From Tubiluchus corallicola (lineage: Eukaryota; Animalia; Priapulida), in the NCBI GenBank assembly GCA_030141605.1, contig JAQGDQ010000021.1:248001-312000 (forward strand): a DNA stretch of 64,000 nucleotides, read 5' to 3'. Below the pieces are notes generated by a model, which saw only the letters and a list, made by a program, of their open reading frames with translations, searched no databases and was not told where the DNA came from. Below are positions 13,700 through 27,585 of this stretch, piece by piece; positions within the stretch are counted from its first letter, which is position 1, and every line of letters begins with the position of its first letter. The position numbers and the translations under genes were made by a program.

Positions 13700-14620
13700 A
13701 AGCTATAAGGTTAGTGGTACGGAAGCCACACAACATGTGGACCAAGATTTAAAAACACATAGGCGAGGTCATGTTTGAGATAGTTGTACAAATTTAGCAG
13801 GGGTGCGACGGTTCTTTTTTATATTAATTTTGCTAATCTTCGTTCTATGAACATGTTCTAGTCAAAGAAGTTACCAGTAGATAAACGTACGCTTACGTAG
13901 TTGAGATAATGAAGAACGACTTTAATAAAGTCTGCACCAAAAGGAAGAGGAGAGGCTCAGAGAACGGGGTAGAAGAGTTCGGACGCTTTAAACGTCACAT
14001 TTCATAGTCTGCATAAGTTTTTTCTTGTAAAGATAATCTCCGTGTCTTCCAAAGTCGTTTTACAATATTAAACTTTTGCTTTATTCATGCTAAAATCTGT
14101 TTCTTCTTCATTACACATAATGCAGAACGATCGGAATGGGCAGTGGGCAGATTTCGGAAACGTTCTAGAAGCAATGTCAACAAAGAAGCAGGGCGTGTCT
14201 CTTGCAACGAAGCCAACCCTATTAGTCTAGTAATTCGCCAACAAGAATTCAGCGGTATAGCTAAATCAGTTCCAATAGAACTGGCTTTTGTGAATGACCT
14301 TAGTGGTCCATTTGTCTTTCCAGATGTGTCTGTTCAGATTTGTCTTTCCACTAGTTTTGGAAAGTGCTGTTGCATAAAAAATATTGCCTGTACTGTACTC
14401 AACTGGAAGTTAAAGTAAAGATCGAAAATGCAGTTGAGAAAAAGATCAGCTTCAGTTTGTTGCGTCTGCAAGCAAAATTGCTTATAGTGGCAACGACAGA
14501 AAAAAGAGCCAGTAATTTTTCTCCAACTTGCTCTTGGGACCTAGACGTTGTGATAAAAATAGTTCCCTGTGATTCATGTACACTCTCAAATTATTGTTGA
14601 CATAAACTTGAGAAGTGGAA
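13700..14620 (-). pseudogene. Decayed LGR-type 7TM GPCR relic
   Basis: Ordered motifs: II*ECT*ITGN (TM1, ~14561-14595), TISNFAC (TM2, ~14471-14485), C...QE...LLTLLLERF (TM3, ERF at 14157-14165, Glu 13 residues before Arg as in LGR SELS..ERW), then a basic loop and CCVASVP (TM6-like). Many stops and frameshifts. Confidence 0.4.
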
Positions 14621-15951
14621 GCCGTCTGCCTACCACCCGGCGCTCATTTTCCACTCCAATTGAAATCATTATCACATGTGATTCATCTCACAAAAAACCT
14701 CGTTATCCGGTACCACCTCTGCAGAAAATGCCGGTCAGCGGCAAATTTACTAGCGTAAATAGCAGTCTCAGTAAATTATAAATTTAGAAATTAGTTGTTA
14801 GCCAGAATTGGGTGTAGATATTCTAATTTAACATCTCTAATCAACAGGGAATACTCAAATTGTCCGAGTAAAAAAAGAGTTGAATGCTATTGGAATCCTT
14901 CTTTTATTGGACATTTTATGTGATTCATGGTTTTTTCTGACGTTGCCACTATAAGCAGTTTTGCTTGCAACAAACTGAAGCTGATCTTCGACGGTCTTGC
15001 TAAGTCGGAAGACGGGAAGCTTGCCAAAGAACGGGAAAGCGGGGAAATTGAAGCTGTTATCAAACAAGTTTGCCGCCATATACAATTTCCGTTCAATCGT
15101 AGAACTACTATTCTATAAAATAAAAATTCTTATCATGATATCCCTGTTGTACAATATCAAATTACTGTTGGCTTATATGGCTGATATATACATATGTAGA
15201 ATAAATGGTTCATAGCTTTTGTAACTTTAAATGTATAGTTTTTGTAAGCCGCGACCTTCAACAGAATGAACTGACCTTGGTCCAGGATTCAACTGACACA
15301 GTTCAACTTGCTTCCCCACTAGCTTTGTTTCATAAATACCCATCAGAAGTCATGGAGGAACCATATCCAATTAATAGCAGACTAGACACATTCACGAGAC
15401 CCCCCCCTCATTTTAGGGTTTTGTCTTCTGTCAAACATTTTTGTAAAGTGTAAACAGATCTACATCTTAGGGCGGCATGTTGCCCAGATCCAAGCCCCCA
15501 CCCTGCACCTGCTAAATGGTGTAGTCTTAACTGGTAAGAACTGGGGGCAGATAGAAAATAAATAATCTTAACTATGCCGTCGCGATCCAAAAACCAAAGC
15601 TCAGCTGACCTCTAACCAAGAATGGAATTTTTTTCTGTGCCCCCTGCGCGAAAAATAAATTGACTTGCATGTGCCTAGCGGACCCATAAATAGAATGCAA
15701 AACGTTTGAGATATATTTATTTACCAGAGGGTACTGTTTTTTTTTAGTAACACAAGTCATATGGGTCGAAAGTTAGTAGTAGTATCCACACGAATTATAA
15801 TGCATACAGACTCGAAATAACGCCTAACAGGAATCGCATACCAGAATGGAGAGCGCCGACCAGTGAAGAATATCTATCTGTCTGTTTGTCCACATTGTCC
15901 AGGTTTGTGTGTCTTTTTGTGGAACGTAGTGTCGGACTGACGTCTTACATT

Positions 15952-16937
15952 TGGGTGCAGGTCAAAAAGACCAAAGGTCTAAGGACCACCAGTCAAAGAA
16001 CCACAGGTCGAAGAACCACAAGACAAAGGACCACTGGTCAAAGGTTCACCTGAAAAGACAAAGAACTACCGTTCAAAGGACCACAAATAGAAATTAGCAG
16101 ACACGCAACAAATGTGAATTGAAAAAGCATTTTATATAAATTTTGAACTGTATTGAGATAATTACATTACTTGCAGAGGTTAATGTATAAAGTTCTGCAT
16201 TATTTTCTTGTCAGTATCTTCTACTCAGTATCCCAAAAATATTGAATAATGCATTAGTGCATTGAATAATTGCTATAAATTAAAATAAAAAATAACGAAG
16301 TATTAGAATAATTTTTTCAAATAGTTTAAGTTTAACTTTATCAGTTTAGCAAACCAGTTTAGAAATAACATCTTATATAATATAATATATATATATAATA
16401 TGCTATAAATAATACATATTACATACATAATAATACATACGTATATAAATAATACATATTTACAGATGTACTACTGACAATGGTTACCCGCTAACCAAAA
16501 CATCTAATATCAAAAACTAGCAACGACAGTTAGGCGAGCATCATCTGTTACAAAACGATTTTTTCATATTAAAAACTCTCCCAACTTACTAAAAACGACT
16601 TTTTGTTAATGCTTTTTAAAGCATCCAATTAGTTTTTTCGGTATCTGTTGATCTTGTGTATTTGTTAGTCTCTTATCTGTTGGTCTTATGTACAGCTGAG
16701 TCCTTCAACTTTTCTTACAAAGCTATGTACGCTTAAATAAAAACGTATAAGACATTTAGCAATCATTATCACCAAAAATTATGAATCAGTTTATTAAATA
16801 AAATATTAATGGTAAGCAAAATTTACGATTTCACTCGATGTTGCTGTGAGCACAACCACTTGTTGTCCTTCGACCTGCGGTCCTCAGTCCATTTCCCTGA
16901 CAGGTGGTCCTTTGTCGAGTGGTCCTTTGACCGCCCA
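15952..16937. mobile_element. Non-autonomous Mutator/MULE-like element with ~15-bp subterminal repeat arrays
   Basis: Left array of GGTCAAAGGACCAC-type units (15960-16085), inverted array ending GGTCCTTTGACCGCCCA, and a degenerate 9-bp target duplication TCTTACATT / CCTTACATC (7/9). Homologous copy at 38071-38927. Confidence 0.75.
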
Positions 16938-17699
16938 CCTTACATCTACATTGAAATAGCTTTACTTTTGTACGAGTTTCTTGTTTCTTGTTAATTTATT
17001 TGTTTATCATTTATTTCTGATACGGCTTTTACTTCGATTAAAAACTCAGGAACTGTGAAGAGTTGGAAAACGAAACTTCATCGGCTTATAGGTCCGAACG
17101 AGGGAACGACTTTTGGTAATCAAGACAGTGATCTTGGGTAGGTGGTTCAAAGTCAAAGGACATTTTTCTCAAAAGTTTTGGAAGCTATCTCTTCCTAAGC
17201 TTTTAACAGTGGGCTGCTGAAACTCAGGTGGGGTTGTGGAGGCACCGGTCGATAGAGTACAAAATGTGACTCATGGTAAAAAAGTGCGGAGCTACTTAAT
17301 GTAGTATTTCGTTTGAAAGTTTGTCATAAGATAAATTAAACTGTGATAATTAAACAAGTTTTGTAATTTGGTGGGTGGTGCTATGGGCGGGCCTGGGTGC
17401 CATAAAAGTGACCTTTGAGTCAGAATATAGTAAGTGTTTCTTGTAATGCATCATTTGAAAACATGTCATAAGACAAATCCAGTAGTGATGGTTAAATCAA
17501 CTTTGCCGAGCTGTGGATAGGATCCAGTAAAGGGCAACTATGGCATATACAGTATTAGGAGACAAAATCTGCTGAGCCATTAATAATACGGCTGGAGTTA
17601 TAAAAAATAACAGATCCGAAATTTAAATTAACAATTGAAACTTTGAAATACCACGTTTTTGAGAAACACAGAAACAAGGCAATTAGTTTTTTATCTTTT

Positions 17700-18570
17700 A
17701 ATAGGAAATAAGAGTGGATTCCTTTGTTATATGCATTGGGTGGGAACCCCATAAAAAGCATAGTTACGTGAGTCTGCCGTGATCCAGAAAGTTTATTTCA
17801 TTTCCCAAGTTATCGACAGACCTCTTATTAAACACAAAATAAACGTTTGTGAATATACCACTATAATCATTGTATCCCAGAAACCTGTTACATGCAAGAC
17901 ACAGTGCAAAGTCATGTAATACAACTCCTTAGGTCTTATGCATCCGCAATTTCTGCCAAATCTTCAGAGGGTTCATTTAATCAAGATGGTAATTGAAGTC
18001 GATTATGAATATACTATGCTTCAGTGTGTGGTAACATAGCAAGGGTAATCCCAGTGGAGAGGCCGCCTACACCTAACAATTAACCAATATTAGTCAGAGT
18101 TGCATTTTAACCTTCGAATTCCTGTAGGGCAGTGGTCAATTCAAAAGATAACCTAGTCCAGTAGGTCTAGTTAAGAGCTCTATACTTGATATAGTTTAAT
18201 ACTTTATTGGCGTTACAGGGATGATAAACGTTATCACGTCTGTATTTTACGCTAATTAGGTTAATTTTACGTTAAACTTATATGCTATGTTCTAGTAACA
18301 CAGAAATGTCATGGCGAATCTATTAATTGGATCGGATTAATTACACAATGAAGTAACAAATCGTTTAATCCCTAACCCCATTTCTCTATGCGTATCCTGT
18401 TTATAAAAAAAATGAGGAAACGTAAAACAAAGTGACAAAATGATATAGCGACGAAGCCCTGCGAGTGGGGATCATGATAAATTACCCTTTCCACTTTTTC
18501 CCGCGAAGGTTTCGTGTCGGGGGTGCAACGACACAAAAACGGGTCAAACCATAGGCTCATAATTACAAGC
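17700..18570 (-). pseudogene. Decayed LGR-type GPCR relic (hinge plus 7TM)
   Basis: ORF 18372-18611 gives CRCTPDTKP....FVLRFLIFFINRIRI, resembling the LGR hinge CxPxPD and TM1 FLRVLIWFINILAI. Downstream are GLPLLCY (TM4-like) and MLFMGFPPNAYN (TM7-like, ~17725-17761). Confidence 0.4.
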
Positions 18571-19277
18571 ACCCAGCATGATACACCCAGTGTTGCACAT
18601 TCTTGCGTCAAACAGTTAAATATGAGCTTGTAGTGTTAATTGAAAACTCAACAGTCAGCCATTGAGATGAGGAATTCACACGGCACGATTGTGAATCGCT
18701 CCTTTGAATTCACTTGTTAAAACATTTGGAAAGTGGTGGTAAACGATTCAAAAGCTGTCTAGTCGTAAACTTTGTTGAAAGTAAGACGTTTATAAGCATC
18801 GATGAGTTGTATACAGTGGCAAGTTTTTTTTCCTCAGAGGAAGCAGGGAACAAGCGCAGAAGCCAGCGATAATACGCAAAGCTTGGCCCACTTCACAGAA
18901 GCTTGAAATAGCACCAGCTTCAGACATAAGCAGTACCAAAAGTTGGTCAAGTTCGTGAATGATACATTAGAATCACTAAAAGATTATTTGGCTTTCAATA
19001 AAAAAAACCCTTTCAACTGAACGAAGTTGATGCTGTCGTAATTAATTTTTACGTTGAAATCAGCTTCAAAACACCAACACAGTAGGTACTAGACACTGCA
19101 GCGGCAGACTTGTCAGCGCCTTTCTTTCATATCACAAGCATCATCAGCCTTGTAGGTTACTTCGCCTACTTCACAAATTGAGCAAGCAGTCTATTATAAT
19201 AAAAAACAATAACAAAAAACAGTTTCAAGTCAAGCAAACGTAAATACATAAAAGCATTGATATTTCAGGGCTGTGTG

Positions 19278-19640
19278 CAGAGCCGAATTATCCTTTAGTC
19301 TAGTACATATTATAGGCTGCAGCTAAAGCCCCCCCAAGCTTTGGTAACATTTCGTAAAAAAAATCTGTTTTTTTCACTACGTGTGTTGAAATATGTGCTA
19401 ATAAATAGTAAAATAATGGTATTTGTTAAAGAATACTTTTTTGGCAATCAAAAGACAGCTATTCTAGTTTATTTAACGAATTTGCAATAAGTTTACTGCA
19501 AGCTATGTAAACGTCGCTAAAATATATCAAAAGGAGAAAATGTTCAAGACGGGTCTGCGCGAGTTAGAGGTAGAATTCGATTGAGGGGGGCCATAATTTC
19601 ATAAGCCTATGGGACCCAAAAAGGTCATAATCCAGCCCTG
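19278..19640. mobile_element. hAT-like MITE
   Basis: TIRs CAGAGCCGAATTAT / ATAATCCAGCCCTG (11/14) and a degenerate 8-bp target duplication GCTGTGTG / GCTATCTG (6/8). Confidence 0.65.
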
Positions 19641-20239
19641 GCTATCTGTGATTAATAGCCATGGAGACCATGACGAGTACAGTACAAAATGAAACAATTA
19701 ATTTATAGTTTTACACGACTCCGCTTTTAGAACGATTCGCCCACAAGTTACACGACTCCTTGAGGAAAGTTCCTACTGGTATTACCCGTCTCATCTGCTA
19801 TGCACATTGCAGAATAATTGCATACCTTACATATTACTAAACCTGGCTTGCACATGCTTATAAACATAATAATGAAACATGTCCCGAGTGTGTGCATGTA
19901 TTTATCTGCGATATATAAGCTGCGTTTAAGATAGCGTGGTTACTGAGAAGGGGGTGTGTTTGCCATATATGTTATTAATTAAGACGTGCACAGGGTGCGG
20001 GGGGTTAAACTTGTTCATGTATTTTACTAATATTTTCTGCCATATCTCAGTATGTGATGGCAATACTGTGATATAGATCTAATCTTTATGAAGTTATTTT
20101 TCACAAAATAAAGCAAACATAGCAGCATCTTTATTTTCAAGATGGAGCTACACGATTCACTATTTAACTGAACAAAATAAAAAAACATGTCTGCTAAATT
20201 TCTGTACATATTTGTTATTATTATTTGAGAATCTGTTTC

Positions 20240-20724
<485 letters not shown>

Positions 20725-21531
20725 TTTTTAGAGCTTAAATTGAATAAAACAATTCATGGTGATAAATGATAACATCATTAATTTGCCTTTCCATTGACTT
20801 GTATAGTGGCAGAAAGAAAAGAAAAGGACAATGCCACAATGCTGCCTTTGAGATTCAAAATGATGTAGTCAGCGGCTCTAGGAAACTAGGAACTTAAAAA
20901 TGCAAACTTCAGTAATCACTATGAAGTAAATACTAGAACTACAAACTTCTGGGTAGTCAGTATGATTAATGAACCCTACACTATTATAAATCTTATATTA
21001 ACTAACGTACAAAATAATAATTATAATTTTACTATCTTGCATATTTTTCAGCATTCAAATGACTTCCTCGCAAAAGGGATCACGTCTATATCCACATTTA
21101 AGGAAACATAAATTTGAACGATACACCCCGTGATCTGTACAACCTTTGCTGCTTCCTGATAATTTGAAACTTAAGCAAAAATGTATGCAACAAACTGGAA
21201 ATTCCAACATCGTGAAACATACCAATGATGTTTTGTCCTAAATGACACTGGTTTATTAGCGCTGCATAATTTACATATCTGTGAGACTGTTTCGACACAC
21301 TACAGAGTTCTTATAGATCTGTATTGTAAATCAATGCTCAGTAAGTTTGCAAGGATAGATATCTGTACCAAGTGCTAAATACAGGAATGACCTGATTTTG
21401 ACAAGGAAGAACAGATTCAGTTCACAGTACTGCAATTAAACACATTTCTTGTTATTGCTTCAATGCTGAAGAATTTCAAAATGGTTTGTTTTTTCTATTT
21501 TCATAGGTGGCGCCTCAACAGCTTTGCAAGA

Positions 21532-24500
21532 ATGAAGTGTCAAGCAGTGTATTTGCTACTTACCCTGCTACTGGGTAGTTGTCTGAGTGAGGAAGTCACA
21601 GTGTGTCCCTCAGATGATGACTTTAAACCATGCACCTGTAGGGAATTTAGTGGACTTTATATCCAGTGTGTGTATTCAGACTTAAAGACAATCATGACAG
21701 CAGTGAGAAGTCACATAAAAGATGTCCCTATCAAACGCCTTGTCATCAGGAAGGGTACAGTCCACAAAATTCCCAAGAATGCCTTTAAGGGACTATCAAT
21801 AGAACAATTGTATGTAGTGGACAGTCAAGTGAGAGAGATTCATGAACAGGCATTCAAGTTTATAGCGCAAAGTCTTAAAATGCTTTACCTCAACAACAAT
21901 GAACTGACATCAGTGCCCAATGCATTCCAAGAGCTGTCTGGTGTTGTGACTTTGTACTTGAACAATAATCAAATTGGTACAATTGAGCCGGGTTCCTTCT
22001 CGGGGATGACAAATCTGACATATTTGTGGTTAAATGACAACAAAATCAAACAACTGTTACCAGACACATTCACTGGTGAGTATCTAGAACTAGAAAGGAA
22101 GAAATGAACAACAGAAATGCCAAGATGAAACTGCCATAAAATTCAGTTCTTAAGAATTTTTAACTCCATAACTGTGACTAGACTTTCATAATACGTATAA
22201 AAGATTAGATGAACGTTAAACTGTAGCTTCTTAAACAACTCAGAAAATCTGCTTCAAACTAAGTTCTAAAAGGTCAGTGTGTTCTAAAATGCCACAAATT
22301 CTTTGAAATTCTAAGATTGCAGGAAAACTAGATAATTAGAGGTCACATTATCTAAAGTAAAGGGATTTAATACAGAAATGTGTGTACAAATTTCGTAAGT
22401 AATTGAAGAAAAAAAGTTTATCAACAACAGCAACACTGTCAAATTTTTTATTAGATTTCATTCAGTTTCACTGCTCAGTCTAACTGTGACATATTATCTG
22501 TGCAGGTTTGGCAACATTGGCACACCTGAGGTTGCAAGAGAACTCCATCGAGCTGATTTGTCCGGGGGCATTTGATGGGATGCCCCTCGTTGAGTTACTG
22601 CGCCTCGACTCGAATAATCTTACTACCTTATCAGAAGAGACATTTAATACATCTGTGCTGCATCATCTCAACGATGTTAGATTATCAGGTAAATGTAAAC
22701 CAAATAACAGATACTTAAACTTGCAATGAGAAACCAACTCCAGTCAATTTCGGATGGTGCATTTTTAAACAACTAGAAGTAGAATATCCCATCCATGCCA
22801 TTCTTGCTTCTAACCAGAAAAAATAAATACTTTTATTATTCTGTTTCGTCCAGTGTTACCACATTTCAGCATTCCTCTTCTCTGTAATTTCTTTTAAAGT
22901 TTTAGTAAATGGGAAATAATGGAACAATATGGGAAATAATATGTATTTTGATTATAATGTAATTTTAATAAACGTTGCAAAACGAAGCCCCTTGCAAGTA
23001 CATATAACAGACTATATAATTTACAGAACAGTAACATTGAACCTATGATGGTTTATATTTTGCTCTGTGTTTTAGACAATCCCATTGTCTGCGACTGCAG
23101 GCTGAAGTGGATAGCTACAGCAGAGTTTGGTGTAAGAGGGACCTGTGCTGCACCAGACAATATGGCAGACAAGGATATCGTCAGTCCATCAACTCCATGG
23201 ATGTTTATGGTCTGCTCTGACATTCAAATGGTACGTTACTAGTTTTCTAGTTTCTACAATCACTGAGCACTACAGCAAAGTAGAACTAGGTAGTAAATGT
23301 TTTTTGTTAGTATCCTCCATAACATAAAACTGAATACCATTTTATTATGCACACAGCTCTTCTATCACTCTTCTAACAGCGTGTTCAGACTAGCGAGTTT
23401 TCTTTCCGACAAAATTGAAACTGTTTTAGGAGTTACTGTCCTCAAGTTATTGCAAATTCTCCGACAGTTGGTGCGAGTTGATTTCCGCCGAGCTACTGTC
23501 TAGTGTGAATGCCTCAGTGAGTTTCTTGCAGTGAATAGAGAATGAGTGTCAACACGCTAGTCTGAACATTCTGTAACATTTCTTCGTAGATAGAGTTTAC
23601 TTGCTTATAATTGAATGCTTGCTTATAAAATGGTTGTTAACTAATGGCTTGTGAAACTGATGACATTTTTATAAGTTAGGAAAACTTGGTTACGGATATG
23701 GCAAAATCCATAATAGATATAATTTGTGCAAATACTTACCTGCTTATTACAGCTGATCCACTTATTGATAAAATACACTGCAGTAAAAGGGTAATGTTTT
23801 ATCAGCACATGCGCTAATTAAGTAATTTTGACAAGTGTGGTCAACGCAGGTCTGGAGCTTATGGTAAAATGGTCAGGTTTTAATCAAATAGTACATTAGT
23901 CCTTACCTAGATCGCTTGTTTGCAGCAAACAAAGAAAAATAAAAAAATGTGATTTTTTTGTTTATTATTTCCTGTTGTATGTTCATTTGGCTAGTTGTTT
24001 TAAGCTGTGATGAGGGTTCTGTCTGCAATAGCTTGGTTTGTGTCTGGTAGACAGTGCTTAGGTACCATATAACCAAAAAAATATTAGTAATTAAAATCTC
24101 ATCAAATTGGACCAAGAAGTTGTCCAGGACATGAGCACACTTCAGTTCAAACGGTCAAATAACACGGTTAAAGAGTATTCGGTACCTAATCAAGACAAAA
24201 GATGACAAAAAACTTAACCCAACACAATGCTTTGACACACATTGCAACTGCTGCACTTGTGGGTCTGATAGGTCATGCATGAACATCACAGTGAAACTTG
24301 GTATCGAGGACCTCGGTACCTCAAAGACAAGTGAACATGTCTAAATGACATTTGGCAAAGAAAACAGAAAACATTTGGCACGCACCAGAACAATGTCTTT
24401 AACCTTGTCTGTCATATATCAAAGATCAAGGTCATATAGTAATTCAAGTATGTTTCTCATATTAGATGGCTTGAGTTTTTTTTTTAGAAGTCTTATTTGT

Positions 24501-24878
24501 ATTTGAATAAAGTTTGGCAGCAGCATGTTTATACATACACGCGCGCGCGCGCTCACGCCCACGTCCACACGCACACACACACATATAGAATTAAAGCCAT
24601 AACAATGAAATTTATCTGCTTCAAAGTTGATGGGATGGTAATTTTCTTTTTATTAGAAGGATGACAGTCAGGAAAGTATTTGCTTTCCAAAATCTGAAAG
24701 TGAACCTGAACCAGAACCCTTACCGGATGACGGAAGAGGCAAACCAGTACCAGACTCGGAAGGTGAAACCACCCCAGGAAAAGAAGCATCAAAAGATGAC
24801 AACGATAATGCAGCATCGGCAATGGTGTCATCAACATTGTTAATCATAGCTGCGAAACTGCTTCACAGTGGTTTGTAA
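21532..24878 (+). CDS. Leucine-rich-repeat cell-surface protein, predicted GPI-anchored, 367 aa
   Basis: Exons 21532-22075, 22506-22688, 23076-23230, 24657-24878 (1104 nt, phase-consistent). Signal peptide MKCQAVYLLLTLLLGSCLS, LRRNT CP..PCTC..C, several LxxLxLxxNxI repeats, LRRCT NPIVCDC.LKW..C..P, acidic/Pro stalk, then NAA plus a hydrophobic C-terminus. Confidence 0.9.
23377..23573. mobile_element. Harbinger-like MITE in last intron of the LRR gene
   Basis: TIRs CAGCGTGTTCAGACTAGCG / CGCTAGTCTGAACATTCTG flanked by TAA (23374-23376, 23574-23576). Confidence 0.7.
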
Positions 24879-27585
24879 TTACATGAATATACAGTACATA
24901 GTTGTTTATTTATTAGTTGTGGCAAGCGATTCTAGAACCACGTGTTGTTGCATACACACGTGTTAAAGACGGATGAGTGAGAAACGAATGTTGACAATTT
25001 CTTAGGTTCTGTGGAAAAAGTCACGAAAAGAATCGCCGTCATAACTTTGGTTTAGTTACAAAACGGGAAAGCTTATACCATGCTGTGTCATAAAGTTTTA
25101 AAAGCACTTTCTTTTATCTTAAGCACGTAAAGTCTGATCAGTTTACAATAATTTATTATAGATTTGAGATATCTTTGGTGATATTCAGAAAACTTAATGT
25201 ATCTTTGCACCACTATGAGTGTTAATATAGTTGAGAGAAGAAAGTCTGGAAATGTGACACAAAATTAGAGACTTATGTCCAGGGCTTTAGGCAACTATAT
25301 GTACTGACTACTCAAATGTAGTTATTTTTAAACCTCGATAATGAAAATGATTTTTGGGGAATATATAGTTTTGTGAATGTATTGTGTAACACACGTTCGT
25401 TGTGTTAATTTAGTAAGAGTTCCAGTGATTATAAACAATGTGTGAAATGATATCTCATCTTTGCACAAGTGTAAGCAGTTAGTTATAGTGCTCCAAATAA
25501 AGTTATTTTTGCTAGGATTTAACAACAGAAGTTTGCCTACTCGTTTTTCTCGCTTTATTACTAAAGTTGTTATTCAATGTAGTGAACTTGCTTCAGAAAT
25601 GATGTATCGTTTTTGCAATATATTATTTATTTAGGAATCAAATTTGTTTTCTACTGAAAACACCATCTGTTTTGATAGTAATGCAACCTATGGTTTGCAC
25701 TTAAGATGTATACAAATTGTGAAAGTACATAGTCAATGAATTCAGTCAACAGATTTTGTCAATTTATAAAATCATGAATAATGTTTACGTGTACCTAATT
25801 AGCATTAAATGTAGGCCTAAAATAAGGTTTCAGTTTTAGTCTATCTTAAATGTTTGTTTAACATATACAAAAAGCATCACGAAAACTGACTTAGAAAGCT
25901 ATAATTAGTTTTCCAGGTAACTATAAATCACAAAGTTTACTTTTGTAATTTAACTTTTGGACAAGGACTAGGAAAGGATAATACAAACTGACATGTTATT
26001 TTAGAAAATATACCATTGTCTTGAAACTGAATAATAAATATCATTAAGAATAGTTTCTTGTTAACAAATCGCAACCTGTGTCATTTCATATTAAAATATC
26101 AACTGAGGAAGATATAGCTAGTTTTCAGGAAACTTCTTTTGAAATGCAACTTTTTCAACTTCCGAATATAATAATTTATAGTAAAACTGATGAAAACTAG
26201 CTAGAAAATGAAATTTTCAGCCAAAATAAAAAAAGAGAAAACAAGCTTCCTTAAACAAGTATGTGCACACACCAATAATCAGGGTGATTTTAAACTAACA
26301 GTACCTGTTTTAAAAACTTTTCAGAGTCAATACAGAATATGTGTGGCATAGAAAATAGCTTGGCAACTAAATCCTATTGGGTTGCAAATACTACTGTAAA
26401 AATGACTAATAATAACAAATCACAATAGATTCAATGTACACTCACTGCCAACATATTGAAAAATATATATTGTTATTGTAACAGCTTTAAAATGTAATTA
26501 TTAATACTTAAAAGTAGTTTCAACATTACATTTTGTTGACATGGCTTACTATTGACATCGCAAGTCATTTATTCTGATGTTTACGTTTTTTGTATAAATT
26601 ATAAGCTAGTCATACCTTGTAGTTCATTGCTCGAAAGCTGATAAACTGCAAAAGAACCTGTAAATAACATGAATGATTAGTAATAGCATAAAATTTACAA
26701 AAAAAATGAAAGAAATGTAGACTAATTATAATGTAGTATTCCCAAAATTATGCAGGTTATCAATGGCAAGTTTCTTTTGTACAAATAAAACCACCTAGTA
26801 ATTTAAGAAAAAGGTTTGAGGTGTCTAAGCCTGCTTCAATTTTCGTTAAAGAAAATGTTTTGTTAAAGAATGTTACAATTTTAATTTTTTTATAAAAGTA
26901 AAGAAACACACAAAAACACTGCAGGATAAAGAAGTTATAATGCATTTAAATCACATCAACACAATGTACACCTTGGGTGTCATTTTTGCTTCACGACACA
27001 AAAGTATAGCTATGGAACAGTTCATAATATCAAGTGAGAATTGTTAGATCAGTACTATGCAAATGTCACAGAAAACACAAATTTTAGTTTTTTTTTTCAA
27101 AATAATAAAAGTGCGGTACTAAGAAATGTACATTGCAGTATGAAGAAATATCCTTGCTTGTTTGAATATTAACAAAATAATTATTTATCACGTGTGTGAT
27201 TTGTTGTAATAGTATAACTAATCACTTTTATACCAAGATAAAACGAAATATGCACTAGCAAGTACTGTATACTTATAAAAAGAAAATCTTCAAAATTCTT
27301 TTGAGTGTGATTTCATTGCATCAATATCTAATTAACTAGTGGCGGGACAAATCAATTCCAGATATTTTTGTATAGATTTACAACCCTGAATTCATTTCTG
27401 TTGCATCACACCGCTTTTATGGAGACTCATGCCAAAAACCACTATGTGCTGCCATCTACTGTGCGTTTAAATAACATTCAACAAATACTAAAAATGACAA
27501 GTAACTTATGTTCAACAAGTATGTCCTGTCTTTATATTTGTTATTACTAGCAAACATGCAAAAAATTTAACTTACCTAAACAAAA

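Noticed and set aside
15960-16085. Regularly spaced short repeats suggesting a CRISPR-like array
   Set aside because: Eukaryotic context, no unique spacers, and an inverted mate at 16.9 kb: these are transposon subterminal repeats.
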